Below the pieces are notes generated by a model. The model was not told where the DNA came from. It did not search any database and worked only from the letters and a program-made list of their open reading frames with translations. This document shows positions 9,500 through 18,211 of a stretch of DNA of 64,000 bases, piece after piece. The stretch comes from an uncultured bacterium (GTDB lineage: Bacteria; Chloroflexota; UBA5177; JANWHV01): contig CAWHAE010000009.1 of NCBI GenBank assembly GCA_963827235.1, positions 128,001 to 192,000 on the forward strand. The letters run 5' to 3'. Made by a program: the position numbers and the translations under genes. Position 1 is the stretch's first letter. Each line of letters starts with the position of its first letter.

Positions 9500-10082
9500 C
9501 GCCGATACCCCCTTTCTCGGACCGCCTCTCCCGCTCGGGCCACGGCGCCTGCCCGGGTGGGCCGGCGTCGAGGGTCGCCGCGCGGCGCAGGGCGCGGAGC
9601 TGCAGCACGCGCACATTGCCGACACTGATCCCGAGTACCCTGCCGATCTCCGCCGTGGAGTATCCACGCAGGAAACGCAGGCGCAACACCTCGCGCTCCC
9701 GTTCGGGAAGCGCTTCCAGAATGGCGGTTGCACGATCCCTGGTTCTGCGAACCTCCTCCGGACCATCGGTTCCGCGGAACAGCAGATCCATGTAGCCGTC
9801 GATCGGCACGCTCGGTAGGCGTCCCTGTTCACGCCAGTAATCGACGATCGCCGTGCGTGCGGTGGTATACAGCCACGAGCGGATGCTGTCGGCGCTGCGG
9901 TCGCTCGCCAGCCAGCGCGTCGCCTTGAGGAATACCTGGCTGGTCAGGTCTTCCGCTGCCTCGCGGTTGCCCACCTTGCCGTAGATGAACGTGTAGATCT
10001 TGGCGGCATTTTCCTGAAACGCACTGCCCAGGGCAGTGCGAGTGCCGTCGGCCCGCGCGTCGGACCGGCCTTCGGGCTGCAT
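9492..10082 (-). CDS. ECF RNA polymerase sigma-70 factor
   Basis: Region 2 (AEDLTSQVFLKA, SWLYTTARTAIVDYWR) and region 4 (LPEREREVLRLRF.GYSTAEIG). Confidence 0.93.
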   Translation of the reverse strand: MQPEGRSDARADGTRTALGSAFQENAAKIYTFIYGKVGNREAAEDLTSQVFLKATRWLASDRSADSIRSWLYTTARTAIVDYWREQGRLPSVPIDGYMDLLFRGTDGPEEVRRTRDRATAILEALPEREREVLRLRFLRGYSTAEIGRVLGISVGNVRVLQLRALRRAATLDAGPPGQAPWPERERRSEKGGIGDE

Positions 10083-10250
10083 CCGCTCCTGTCCTCCGTC
10101 CGCTACCGTGTTCGCCGTGCAACACCCTCATTAACACATACAGGTGAGCGTTACAGCGGCAGCGGCGAGACTGCACGGAATCTTCGGCCCGGGTTAACCG
10201 GCAGATGATCAACGCCTGTGACTGCGGCAGCAGGCCGGCCTGCCGGGCGA

Positions 10251-11132
10251 TCAGCTCGGCGCGCTGGGGGATGCGCCGGCAGGAGGCGCACTCACGGAAA
10301 TCGACTCGTAGTCGAGCGAGATCTCCTCCCAGTGCAGCATCCCGCTGAATACGCCCGTCGATTCCCACGTGCTGTATTGCGTGTAGCGCGTCACGCGTGC
10401 ATTGGTCAGCGTGGAGATCGACACCACGGCTGCGGCCCCGACGCCGGTTCCTGCCTTGATCGCCGGTGCCGACCAGGTGATGACGACCTTCGGAAGTGCG
10501 CTGTTGCTCGCGTACGCATTGAACACCTCCACCGAATCAGAGCAGATAAGGCGCGACAGCGTTACGGGAGCATAGTGCCGCTTCCCCCGGGCCGGGGTTA
10601 CGCCGGGGCCCGAAGCGACCTCGAATGCCCTGGTGCTGAAGGCAGTGGTGGCTTTGCACAGGCCTGAGACGAGTATTGTGCGGCCGCGCAGTGTGTTCGG
10701 CTGCGGTGTGACGGCGAGCGGTATGGCGACAATACTGAGCTGGTCGTAAGCGATCGAGATCTCCTCCTTGTGCTGATACTGGCTGACCTCCCCCACGGGG
10801 AGGTAGGTGGAATACTGAGCGTAGCGCGTCGGATACGCGTTGGTCAGCCTGGCGCTGAGAACGGTCATGGTCCCGTCCAGGAAATCGATGACGACTGCTT
10901 TTGCCGGTGTGCTGCCGGTGCAGGCGCTGAACAGAATCGGCGAATCCTTGTCGACCTCGCGCGATAGAGTCAGGAGAGAGTGTTGCTGGCCGGCCGAGCC
11001 GGATGCTCCCACCGGAGTCGAGGTAAGCTCGAAGGTCATGGTCGTGAACAGGTCGATCGGGGCTGAACAGAGTCCGGCCACCGAGAAGTCGGTAATTCGG
11101 TACGCTATGACGCCGGATGATTGACTGGACAC
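10251..11132 (-). CDS. Tandem double Hcp/TssD (tail-tube-like) domain protein
   Basis: Two internal repeats: LTLSREVDKDSPILFSAC...LTNAYPTRYAQY...EEISIAYDQL and RHYAPVTLSR...LTNARVTRYTQY...EEISLDYESI, both matching the Hcp signature; GTG start with GAGGGAG RBS. Confidence 0.75.
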   Translation of the reverse strand: MSSQSSGVIAYRITDFSVAGLCSAPIDLFTTMTFELTSTPVGASGSAGQQHSLLTLSREVDKDSPILFSACTGSTPAKAVVIDFLDGTMTVLSARLTNAYPTRYAQYSTYLPVGEVSQYQHKEEISIAYDQLSIVAIPLAVTPQPNTLRGRTILVSGLCKATTAFSTRAFEVASGPGVTPARGKRHYAPVTLSRLICSDSVEVFNAYASNSALPKVVITWSAPAIKAGTGVGAAAVVSISTLTNARVTRYTQYSTWESTGVFSGMLHWEEISLDYESISVSAPPAGASPSAPS

Positions 11133-11259
11133 TTCCGTCTCTCCCTCAACTCACGCCTGTAGCCTTGCCATCCCTGAGCGGCCGCGCAGACGTCTCCACG
11201 TTAAGCCGGCCTGATCACGGGCGTGGCCTGCGGACCGTGTACGTGCTGTCTCGGCAGTG

Positions 11260-12156
11260 TCATGCCTGCGGCCGCTGCTCGCTTGCATCTCCAGTGCACC
11301 TGGCCACGATGTACAGGTAGCGGCTCGCCACAGAGTAGGGCTCGGTGCCGTAATCACCGTGGTAGCTGGCCACCACGAAGCCCGCTTCGCCGAGCATGCC
11401 GGCAATCTCCCAGGGAAATATAGGCCGCCACCACAGGGAGAAGGGCCGCTCGCTCACCGAGCCGTCCGCGGCACGCTCACTGTACCAGCCGAACACACGC
11501 TGGCGCCCCGTGGCGTCCATGCGCGAGGCTTGCGAGTATTGCGTGTACTCGTTGCCGGTTCGGATGTTGACTCGCGACTCCAGGGCCTCGGCGCTCTCGG
11601 TGCCGCCGAGCGGCAGCACGAAGGGGTTGATGAGGTCGAGGGCGAGCAGACCGCCGGGCGCCAGGTGCCGGACCACGGCTTGGATCGCCCGGCGCTGTCC
11701 TTCCAGGCTATCGAGAAGCATCAGGCTGCTGAAGGGGATGACGGCCAGAGGGAAATCACGCTTCTCAAGGGCCAGGTCACGGATGTCCGCCTGGACCAGC
11801 CGGATCCGTGCGCGCGTGGCCGCGTCCTCTCCCTCCAGATGGCGGCGGAAGCCGTCGAGCATGCCGATCGATATGTCGACGCCGGTGAGACACACCCCGG
11901 CGCGGGCCAGCGGGATGGCAATGCGGCCGGTGCCGCAGCACAACTCGAGTACCTCACCGCCGGCGCCGGTGGCCAGGTCCTGGTAGAATCGCAAGCAACT
12001 CAGGCGGTCGGACGTTCCCCCGTCATCGCAATCGGGCGTCCGAGCGTCGTCGATCCAGGGAAAGTCGCTGTCGTAGTAGTCGACCAGGGCATCCTGCTCG
12101 ACCGTCTCGACCGGCGCCGTGTCCGTTGGCGTCTCGGCGTGAGCCGTGCCGGTCAT
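11260..12156 (-). CDS. Class I SAM-dependent methyltransferase
   Basis: VLELCCGTGRIA motif I, GVDIS..ML, VQADIRDL and HLAPGGLL. Confidence 0.92.
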   Translation of the reverse strand: MTGTAHAETPTDTAPVETVEQDALVDYYDSDFPWIDDARTPDCDDGGTSDRLSCLRFYQDLATGAGGEVLELCCGTGRIAIPLARAGVCLTGVDISIGMLDGFRRHLEGEDAATRARIRLVQADIRDLALEKRDFPLAVIPFSSLMLLDSLEGQRRAIQAVVRHLAPGGLLALDLINPFVLPLGGTESAEALESRVNIRTGNEYTQYSQASRMDATGRQRVFGWYSERAADGSVSERPFSLWWRPIFPWEIAGMLGEAGFVVASYHGDYGTEPYSVASRYLYIVARCTGDASEQRPQA

Positions 12157-12157
12157 G

Positions 12158-12709
12158 CTATTCGCCGAAGGCGAGAGCGTTCACCGTGGCTTCACCCGCC
12201 AGGTGGCTGAGGTTGCCGAGCGTCAGGGTGGCGCGGAAGCCGCCGTCGACGCGCTGCACCGACACCGCACAGGTGGGCACGGCCCCGGCCGCCGTGCCGT
12301 GGAAGTCGTCCACGACCGAGGCGACCACCACGGGCGACCGCGCGCCGCTGAAGTACACCGCCAGGTCCCACTCCAGGCGCGCCCAGTGATTGCCGCCGCT
12401 GTGCTGCACGGGCACCACGGCCTGCAGGGCCGCGATTACCGGCTTCCGCAGCTCCAGCGATCGTACCGTACCCGCCGTGGCCGGTGCATCCGCCGCGGCC
12501 CCGGCACTGCCGGCATGCTCCAGGAACCCGGCACCGGCCAGTGCGCCAATCACGCCCGCGCTGCCCGCCAGCAGGCCCCGGCGCGAGGTGATTGCCGTGG
12601 CGGCCGCCGCCGGGGCGCCGCGCGCAGAACGGCGCAGACGCTCGTTATCCTGCTCCAGCGCCTCCACGCGCTGCTGCAGCGCGGCCACGATGCTCTCCAG
12701 GTGTTCCAT
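12158..12709 (-). CDS. Twin-arginine-motif protein with N-terminal coiled coil and H-type-lectin/fibre-tip-like C-terminal domain
   Basis: LQQRVEALEQDNERLRR coiled coil; TSRRGLL, hydrophobic stretch and AGA site; C-terminus F...PVVVASV...VSVQRVDGGF...VNALAFGE. Confidence 0.65.
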   Translation of the reverse strand: MEHLESIVAALQQRVEALEQDNERLRRSARGAPAAAATAITSRRGLLAGSAGVIGALAGAGFLEHAGSAGAAADAPATAGTVRSLELRKPVIAALQAVVPVQHSGGNHWARLEWDLAVYFSGARSPVVVASVVDDFHGTAAGAVPTCAVSVQRVDGGFRATLTLGNLSHLAGEATVNALAFGE

Positions 12710-12798
12710 CTCGCTCGTGCTCCCCACCGCTATACTGGGCCCCGTGGGCCCGCCGGTCGAATCTCGGATGCCTCGCACCGCGTATCCGTCAAAGCAGC

Positions 12799-13209
12799 CT
12801 AGCTCCCGGCCGTCGCCGAGATGCTGTCGTACATGAGTGAGACCTCCTCCGTCAGTGCCCCGTCGGAGACGTACTGGGAGTAGCGCACCACGCGCGCGTT
12901 GCCCAGCTTCAGGCTCAGCGCTGACTTTTGCGAAGCATCCAGCAGCCCGAGCGTGATGTCGCCCAGGCTCGCGCTCCCACCCAAGGCGTTGATAACGCTG
13001 TGCGTATCGGAGCCTACCTTGCGGGTGAGGGTAATCGGAGTGTTGTGCCAACCGCTTCCGGCACCCGAGCCGGCCGCCAGCTCAAAGGAGATCGTCTGGA
13101 ACCACCCATGGCCTGTCGTGTCGCCGTCCACGCTGAAACCGTGCGAAGAGTCGGTGAGCTGGGTGTACTTCAGGAACTTGAGCGTCTTGTCTTGACCAAT
13201 GCTCGCCAT
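12799..13209 (-). CDS. Hcp/TssD-like tube protein (single domain)
   Basis: SVDGD...HGWFQTISFE...HNTPITLTRKVGSDT...LKLGNARVVRYSQ...EEVSLMYDSI follows the Hcp consensus; GGAAAGGTG RBS. Confidence 0.75.
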   Translation of the reverse strand: MASIGQDKTLKFLKYTQLTDSSHGFSVDGDTTGHGWFQTISFELAAGSGAGSGWHNTPITLTRKVGSDTHSVINALGGSASLGDITLGLLDASQKSALSLKLGNARVVRYSQYVSDGALTEEVSLMYDSISATAGS

Positions 13210-13256
13210 GCGGACTTCACCTTTCCATCTCAACTGCCGTTTCACACGAAGTCACT

Positions 13257-14813
13257 TCATGGGCCGGTGGTGATGGTCACCTCGAAGCGGCGCACGTCCA
13301 TGCCCCTTGCCGTGGTCGCTCTGATCACGGCCGTGACATGCTCGCTACCATGCGGATCGAAGCTCACCGGGATGCTCGCGCTCGCGCTGCCGTCACTGCC
13401 GACTGCGACGGCCGTCGTCGCTTCATACAGCACCTGCGCCGCGGACGTCACGAGCTGCAGGTCCAGGGCGACCTTCGATCCTGGCACGGCATACACGACG
13501 ACCGGGATGCTCTCGCCCGTCGAGATTGTCTGCGGCGCCGGGTAGACGGACAGCACAACATCTTCCGGATGGGCGGCCGGAGTCTGCGTGGGCTGCGGCG
13601 TGGGCGCCGCGCGTGGCGCGAGGGCGGCGGCGGGTGCGCCGACCTCTTGCACCGCGCCGGTCTGATTGTCGGTGAGATACAGGTTACCCGCGCCGTCTAT
13701 GGCGATGCCCCACAGGTCGCCGAACCCCACGCCGGTGGCAGAGCCGTGCGGATCGCAACCGATCGTATCTTCCTTACCGATAACGCCGGCCACGGTGACG
13801 ATTCTGCCCGTCGTGTCCACCATGCGCACCACGTTATCGCCGGTGAAGTACAGATTGCCCTTCCTGTCCATGGCGACACCGTTGGGCTCGTAGACCAGGG
13901 CCGCGGTCGCCGGGCCGCAGTCGCCGCCGTAGCCGCCGTCCCCGCTGCCGGCAACCGTGGTGATGACGTGCGTCGCGGCGTCCAGCTTGCGCACCCGCAG
14001 GTTGTTGTAGTCGGCGATGTACAGGTTGCCGGCGGCGTCGAACGCCAGGCCGCTGGGCCCGTACAGCTTGGCCTTGGTGGCCGGTACGCCCGCATTATCC
14101 GTGCCGTCACAGCAATAGCCGCTGGTGTCGTCCGTGTTGTTCCCCGCCACGGTATTGATCGTGCGCGGCGTCGCGGCACCGATCGAGCGCACCTCGTTGC
14201 CGTCGGTGATGTAGATAGTGTCGCCGGCGTCGACGGCGATGGCTTTGGGGTTCATGGTGGCGCCGAGCGCGGGTCCGCTTGGCTCGGCGGTAGCAGTATT
14301 CCCGCCCCCGGCATCGCCGGCCACGGTGGTGATGCTGCGCAGGTCGGCAGACACCTCGAGCACGCGGTGGTCGTCGGTGTCGGCGATGAAGAGGTTGCCA
14401 TGTGCGTCCACCGCTACGCCCGCCGGGTTTTCCAGCGCGGCATCGGTGGGCGAGCCGCCATTGGCGGTATCGTCACTGCCGCCCCCGGCCACTGTGGTGA
14501 GAGTCCGTGAGCCCGCAGTGATCTCGCGAATCAGGCTGTTGCCGGTGTCGGCGACGAACACGTCGCCAGCGGCATTCACGGCGATCCCCTCCGGCTCCTT
14601 GAGCGGGGGACTACCGCTGCCGGAGATTTTCGCGATGCAGTCGGGCGATACTGTCAGGCCCGGTTGGCAGACCAGCCGCACCGCAGCCGGCCGCGCGCCG
14701 GCAGCCGCGACGCTTCCAGGGAGGGTAGGCCTCCAGCCCGCCGGTTGGCTCAGCCCTATGGGCAGCGCCACCAACGTAACGCATACGAGCCGCAGTTGCC
14801 ATGCTCGCCACAT
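13257..14813 (-). CDS. Secreted NHL-repeat (beta-propeller) protein with C-terminal Ig-like domain
   Basis: Signal peptide; about six repeats of P.G(I/V/L)A.D..GNL(F/Y)IAD; Pro/Thr linker followed by a beta-rich C-terminal domain. Confidence 0.9.
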   Translation of the reverse strand: MWRAWQLRLVCVTLVALPIGLSQPAGWRPTLPGSVAAAGARPAAVRLVCQPGLTVSPDCIAKISGSGSPPLKEPEGIAVNAAGDVFVADTGNSLIREITAGSRTLTTVAGGGSDDTANGGSPTDAALENPAGVAVDAHGNLFIADTDDHRVLEVSADLRSITTVAGDAGGGNTATAEPSGPALGATMNPKAIAVDAGDTIYITDGNEVRSIGAATPRTINTVAGNNTDDTSGYCCDGTDNAGVPATKAKLYGPSGLAFDAAGNLYIADYNNLRVRKLDAATHVITTVAGSGDGGYGGDCGPATAALVYEPNGVAMDRKGNLYFTGDNVVRMVDTTGRIVTVAGVIGKEDTIGCDPHGSATGVGFGDLWGIAIDGAGNLYLTDNQTGAVQEVGAPAAALAPRAAPTPQPTQTPAAHPEDVVLSVYPAPQTISTGESIPVVVYAVPGSKVALDLQLVTSAAQVLYEATTAVAVGSDGSASASIPVSFDPHGSEHVTAVIRATTARGMDVRRFEVTITTGP

Positions 14814-14896
14814 GACGTGACCTCCCTCGCTCAGGCTGCCTGCCGCGACCTCCTCGGATACTCATCCGTTCCGCAAGACCTGGCGCTCGCGGCCCA

Positions 14897-14925
14897 ATCA
14901 TACTGCAGTGAAACCCGCTTCGCAA
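14897..14925 (-). promoter_or_regulatory. Sigma70-type promoter of the NHL/Hcp operon
   Basis: Minus-strand TTGCGA-N17-TATGAT about 85 bp upstream of the NHL start. Confidence 0.6.
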
Positions 14926-15082
14926 GGGAATGGCTGGATCGGTGGAGTAGTGCACTTTGCCGGAACATTCGTGCTGGCACGACTCCGCTCCGACCGCATT
15001 GTAGAAGGCTCACGCCGCCTACGGGCGCAGCCTCGTGCCCACCGGCCGCACTTAGCGACATCTCACCATCTTCTTGCCCTCG

Positions 15083-15126
15083 TCTCAGACAGCTCTCAGG
15101 GAACCCTTACCTGGGCTGCTTAGCAT
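15083..15126 (+). promoter_or_regulatory. OmpR/MprA-type direct-repeat box and -10 element
   Basis: TCTCAG-N5-TCTCAG-N5-CCTTAC, then 10 bp to TAGCAT. Confidence 0.55.
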
Positions 15127-15213
15127 CAAAGCATGAACACGATACCTGGCTGCGCACGCGCACTGATTGAGGTGCCGTCACAGGCGCAGCGACACGGAAG
15201 GGACTTCACGTTG

Positions 15214-16680
15214 ATGCAAAACCAACTCACCGCCGGTGTTGCCCGGCCCGCGCCGCACAGGCCGCAGCCCGCGAGCGCCGCGCGGACCGTCCAGCGTCGG
15301 GAGCAGATGGCCGTGCGCGTCGCCGTGCCCGCGGCGCAGGCCGGCCGGCGCGAAGGCAGCGATCTCAAGCACGCCGCGAGCTCGAGCGTCCGCATACTGT
15401 TCTACGGCATCGCCGCGGTCGTCGCCGGGATCTGGCTCAAGGACGGCGGCGTGACCGGCGTGCACGACACCGGCACGCTGCTGATCAGCATTGGCCGCTT
15501 CACCGGGCTCTTCGGCGCCTACCTGCTCCTGATCCAGCTGCTCCTCCTGGCGCGGTTGCCGTTCCTGGAGTGGGCGCTCGGCTTCGACACGCTGATGAAG
15601 CGTCATCGCCTGAACGGCAAAGTGAGCCTGCTGCTGGTCCTCGCCCACGTGGCCACGATCACAGCAGGGTATGCACTGCAGAGTAAGATCTCTCTGCTCG
15701 CGCAGGCTGAACAGTTCTTGACCTCCTGGCCGGACATGCTCCCGGCACTGGTCGGCACGGTACTCCTGGTTCTGGTCGCCGGCTCCTCGATCGTGATCGT
15801 GCGGCACAAGCTCCGCTACGAGACCTGGTACGGCGTCCATTTGATGGCCTACCTCGGCATCTTCCTGGCCTGGCTGCACCAGGTCCCGACCGGCACTGAC
15901 TTCGTGAGCAATCCGGTTGCCACCGCCTTCTGGACCGCGCTCTACGTGGGCACCCTCCAGCTCGTCGTGCTCTTCCGGGTGCTCCAGCCGGCGCTCGGCT
16001 TCCTCTGGCACCGCCTGCGCGTGACCGAGGTGACGCAGGAAGCGCCCGGCGTGGTGTCGCTGCGCATCGGCGGGCACCATCTCGACTGGCTGAACGCCCG
16101 GCCGGGCCAGTGGCTCAGCTGGAGGTTCCTGGACCGGGAGCGCTGGCGCGAGGCACACCCCTTCTCTCTGTCCGCCGCCCCGGACGGCAGGTCGTTCCGC
16201 ATCACGATCAAGGATCTGGGCGACTTCAGCCACTCCATCTCCGGCGTGAAGCCCGGCACCTTCGTCCTGGCCGAGGGACCCTTCGGGTCCTTCACCGGCG
16301 AGGCCAGAACGCGGGATCGCGTGGCCCTGATCGCTGGCGGCGTGGGTATCACTCCGATTCGTGCCCTCCTCGAGGAGATACACGGTGACGTGGTGCTCGT
16401 GTACCGTGCGAGGAGGTTCGAGGATCTCGTCTTCCGCGATGAGCTGGAAGCTCTGGCCCGCGACCGCGGTGTGGGCATCCGCTACGTGCTCGGCGATCGC
16501 CGCGCCCCGGGCAATGCTCACCTGCTGTCCCAGGAGCACCTGCGCAGCCTGATACCCGACATCGCCGGCCGAGAGGTCTACCTGTGCGGTCCGACCGGCA
16601 TGATCCGCGCGCTCAAGCACGCCTTGAACAAGCTCGGCGTGCCCAAGGCCCACTTGCACATTGACGAGTTCGCTTTCTAG
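15214..16680 (+). CDS. Ferric reductase-like transmembrane protein with FAD/NAD-binding (FNR) domain
   Basis: Heme His residues (HRLNG, LAHV, VHLMAY, WLHQ); EAHPFSLS, AEGPFGSFT, IAGGVGITP and YLCGP. Confidence 0.92.
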   Translation: MQNQLTAGVARPAPHRPQPASAARTVQRREQMAVRVAVPAAQAGRREGSDLKHAASSSVRILFYGIAAVVAGIWLKDGGVTGVHDTGTLLISIGRFTGLFGAYLLLIQLLLLARLPFLEWALGFDTLMKRHRLNGKVSLLLVLAHVATITAGYALQSKISLLAQAEQFLTSWPDMLPALVGTVLLVLVAGSSIVIVRHKLRYETWYGVHLMAYLGIFLAWLHQVPTGTDFVSNPVATAFWTALYVGTLQLVVLFRVLQPALGFLWHRLRVTEVTQEAPGVVSLRIGGHHLDWLNARPGQWLSWRFLDRERWREAHPFSLSAAPDGRSFRITIKDLGDFSHSISGVKPGTFVLAEGPFGSFTGEARTRDRVALIAGGVGITPIRALLEEIHGDVVLVYRARRFEDLVFRDELEALARDRGVGIRYVLGDRRAPGNAHLLSQEHLRSLIPDIAGREVYLCGPTGMIRALKHALNKLGVPKAHLHIDEFAF

Positions 16681-16707
16681 TCGCACGCAGCACGAGGATA
16701 TGGGACC

Positions 16708-17352
16708 ATGAAGAAACGAAGCAGAGCGGCCCGGCTCGTGCCGGCCCTGATGGTAGCGGCGGCCACGGCCATACCGGCTGCCACGGCAGTAGATCTGCTG
16801 ACGCACGCCTCGCCAGCCACAAACCTGGTAGCGCTCAGCCCCTCGACACCCGGCGGTCTCTCGCCGGCAGGATCCACCGGCTCAAGCGCGACGGCCACCT
16901 CCACCGGCGCGACGACGGCGGGCTCCTCCGGTGCCGGCGGGCCTTCCACCACGCCTGCGACTGCCTCCGCCACCGGCACCACCTCGACTGCAGCTTCCAG
17001 CGGTGCCGGCGTGACCGCGGCTTCGTCCAGTTCCGCAGGGACGGCAACGCCAGCCGCCACCGCCGCGACCGGCAGCGTCTCAAAGACGTATGTCGGCACC
17101 GCCGAACAGAACCGATACGGGACGGTCCAGGTAACGCTTGTGGTAACGGGGAACAAGATCACCGACGTGATCGTCACGGCGCCACAGGACAATCCGCGGT
17201 CGGCGTCCATCAACTCCTACGCCGTGCCCGTTCTACGCAGCGAAACGCTGCAGGCACAGAGCGCGAATATCGACGCGGTCTCCGGCGCCACGTACACGAG
17301 CGAATCCTACATCGGGTCGCTACAGGCAGCGCTGGCCGAAGCGAACCTGTAG
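16708..17352 (+). CDS. Secreted FMN-binding (flavinylated) domain protein
   Basis: Signal peptide and Ser/Thr/Ala linker; YGTVQV...IDAVSGATYTS flavinylation motif. Confidence 0.9.
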   Translation: MKKRSRAARLVPALMVAAATAIPAATAVDLLTHASPATNLVALSPSTPGGLSPAGSTGSSATATSTGATTAGSSGAGGPSTTPATASATGTTSTAASSGAGVTAASSSSAGTATPAATAATGSVSKTYVGTAEQNRYGTVQVTLVVTGNKITDVIVTAPQDNPRSASINSYAVPVLRSETLQAQSANIDAVSGATYTSESYIGSLQAALAEANL

Positions 17353-17380
17353 GTGAAGATGCACCGCAGTAGCCCGAACA

Positions 17381-17584
17381 CTAGCCGACGGGCAGCCCGT
17401 CGCGCTCCGCCGACCGGCGGAGAGGCAGTCGAAGACAGAAGATGCTGCCGCTCACACCGGTCGAATCCAGGTCCAGGGTGCCGCCCATGGCCTCCGCGTA
17501 CGCGCCACCCAGGTGCAGGCCCAGCCCGGTGCCCACGCGGCCGGACCGCATGCGGCTACCGGGGACGCGGCCAAAGCAAACCAA
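17381..17584 (-). pseudogene. Histidine kinase HATPase_c C-terminal remnant
   Basis: [37 protein letters not shown] (G2 box and C-terminus only). Confidence 0.7.
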
Positions 17585-18211
17585 GCCAAGTCCGGCTGCT
17601 CGCTCGTGACGTGTTCATCCCAACGTCACCTCGTTCCCGCGGCCGGCGGCTGCACTACCGTGTGTCCCCGTGCTGAGCCGTATGCGTCGCTCTTCCCGCG
17701 TGAGCCGGCCGTCAGGCGCGCGTCTCGCTGCAATATCGGAGCTCTGGCGCGTACAACCGCGCACAACGGGTATCTCGGCGTGCGCCGTCGGTCTCGAGTC
17801 CGGAAGTGTGGCGGCCCGGGCGCGGGCCACCACGATAGCTCGCCGGGCAGGGCGCACTCCGGCGACTGGTCGACGGCCAGTCGCCTGTTTGTGCGGCGCG
17901 CCCAGTGCAGTCGCGCGCACGGTCTGCGCCGCTGTCGAACCATTCATGTGCTCGCCGCCCGGTGCCGCGGTACAAGGCGTTGCCGCACAGCTCACCATAT
18001 GCGGTGTTCGCCTGTCCTCGGGCAGTCGGCCCGGCCTAACCCGCATCTTCCGGGCTCTACAATGCCTGAAGATCCACGGAGGTAGATATCCCCCGATATG
18101 GCCACTTAGGAGCCCCCAAGCGCCGCTGCCCTGTCTTGCTCCGGCCAGCGGCCTCGCTTGGGGATGTTCGGGCCATATCGCGCCGGAGCGCGCTGCGCTA
18201 GGCTCAGGGCG

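Noticed and set aside
10251-14813. Calling the Hcp locus a T6SS, eCIS or prophage
   Set aside because: No sheath, spike, baseplate, ATPase, capsid, terminase or integrase genes are recognisable in the window
16840-17080. Ser/Thr/Ala/Gly low-complexity stretch as a DNA repeat element
   Set aside because: It is a protein linker of the FMN-binding protein with no regular nucleotide period
17675-17712. GAGCCGTATGCG resembling group II intron domain V
   Set aside because: The GNRA loop and complementary CGCACGTACGGTTC arm are absent, and there is no RT gene
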